Assembly: GCF_963921235.1 (NCBI RefSeq)
Contig: NC_086108.1
Span: forward strand, 109,866,001-109,930,000
Length of the DNA stretch: 64,000 nt
Direction of reading: 5' to 3'
From: Mobula hypostoma
Lineage: Eukaryota
Below, piece by piece: positions 62,500-64,000 of this stretch. Positions within the stretch are counted from its first letter, which is position 1, and the number at the start of each line of letters is the position of its first letter. Made by a program: the position numbers and the translations under genes. Under the pieces are notes generated by a model. That model had not been told where the DNA came from, ran no database searches, and saw only the letters and a program-made list of their open reading frames with translations.

Positions 62500-64000
62500 G
62501 ACAATGGAGCAAAAGTTAGTGGGAAGTTGGATGATTGGGAAGTTTTCAAAATCCAACAAAAGGCAACTAAAAAAGTCAGAAGAGGGAAAAGATGAAATAT
62601 GAGGGCAAACCAGCTGATAATATAAAGCAGAATATCAGAAGTTTTTTCAGTTATATAAAGAGCAAAAGGAAGATGAGAGTTGATATTGGACCACTGGAAA
62701 ATGATGCTGGTGAGGTAGTAATGGGAGACAAAGAAAAGGCAGATGAACCCAATTGGTACCTTGCATCTGTCTTCACTGTGGAAGACACCAGCAGTGTGCC
62801 ACTGGTCTATGAGTGTCAGGGAGCAGGAGTGAGTGCTATTGCTATTACAAAGAAAAAGTGCTAGGCAAACTCAAAGGTCATAAGGTGGATAAGTCACTTG
62901 GACCAGATGAACTACATCCCAGAGCCCTGAGAGAGGTTGCTGAAGAGATAATGGATGCATTGGTCATGATCTTTCAAGAATCACTTGATTCTGGCATGGT
63001 CCCTCCAGGGAAATGGAAGATTGCAAATGTCACTCCACTCTTTAAGAAGGGAGAAACACAAAAGAAAGGCAATTATAGGCCAGTTAGCCTAATCTCAGTG
63101 GTTGGGAAAGCCTATTATTAAGGATGAGGTTTCCAGGTACATGGAGACTAATGATAAAATAAGTCAAAGTCAGCATGGTTTCTGCAAAGGAAACCTTGCC
63201 TGACAAATCTGTTAGAGTTCTTCGAGGAAGTACCAAGCAGGATGGACAAAGGAGAGGCAGTGGATGTCATTTACTTGGATTTTCAGAAGGCATTTGATAA
63301 GGTGAAACACATGAGGCTGCTAAACAAGATAAAATCCTGTGGCGTTACAGGAAAAATACTGGCATGGATAGAGAAATGGCTGACAGGCAGGAGGTAGCGA
63401 GTGGGAATAAAGGGGGCCTTTTCTGGTTGGCTACCAGTGACTAGTGGTGTTCCTCAGGGGTCAGTATTGGGACTGCTACTTTTCACATTATTTTTTGATG
63501 ATATAGATAATGGGATTGATGGCTTTGTGGCAAATTTTGCAGATGATACCAAGGTAGGTGAAGGGGTAGGTAGTGCTGAGGAAGCAATGTAATTGCAGAA
63601 GGATGTGGACAAATTGGAAGAATGGACAAAAAGTGGCAGATGGAATATGGTGTTGGGAAATGTATGATAATACATTTTGGTAAAAGGAACGAAAGTGTGG
63701 ACAATTATCTAAATGGGGAGAAAATTTAAACATCAGAGGTGCAAAAGGGACTTAGGAGTTCTTGTGAAAAACTCTCAGAAGGTTAATTTACAGGTTGACG
63801 CTGTGGTAAAGAAAGCAAATGCAATGTTGGCATTTATTTCAAGGGAAGTACAATGTAAAAACAAGGAGATAATGCTGAAATTTTATGAGACACTAGTCAG
63901 ACTGCACTTGGAGTATTGTCAACAGTTTTGGGCCACATATCTCAGAAAAGATGTGTTGTCATTGGACAGAGTCCAGAGGAGGTTCACGAGGATGATTCCA
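62500..64000 (+). mobile_element. CR1 LINE ORF2, frameshifted, running off the window end
   Basis: KSLGPDELHPRAL, WKIANVTPLFKKG, SGVPQGSVLG and FADDT. Confidence 0.93.

Overview
Repeat-dense vertebrate genomic DNA, most likely from a cartilaginous fish (shark or ray); this is inferred from the V-SINE/HE1-like, CR1, Rex1/Babar and Penelope repeat content. The only host gene is TTLL7 (tubulin polyglutamylase) on the minus strand. Ten consecutive internal coding exons (61806 down to 11753) have GT-AG sites and join in phase. The 5' exons lie beyond the right end, and no TTLL7-like downstream exon was recognised in 1-11752. Most of the rest is retroelement debris (CR1, Rex1/Babar, L1, RTE derivatives, Penelope-like elements, SINEs, a solo LTR), two DNA-transposon MITEs and minisatellites. 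The most striking signal is at 44790-44908 (+). It contains every hammerhead ribozyme core element with complementary stems, but in a non-canonical, pseudoknotted strand order, with a Kt-7-like kink-turn in an extended stem III. About 20 Penelope-borne minimal hammerhead motifs and a degenerate HDV-like fold in an RTE derivative are also present. All RNA structures were paired by eye and are untested. Repeat boundaries are approximate unless a TSD is given.
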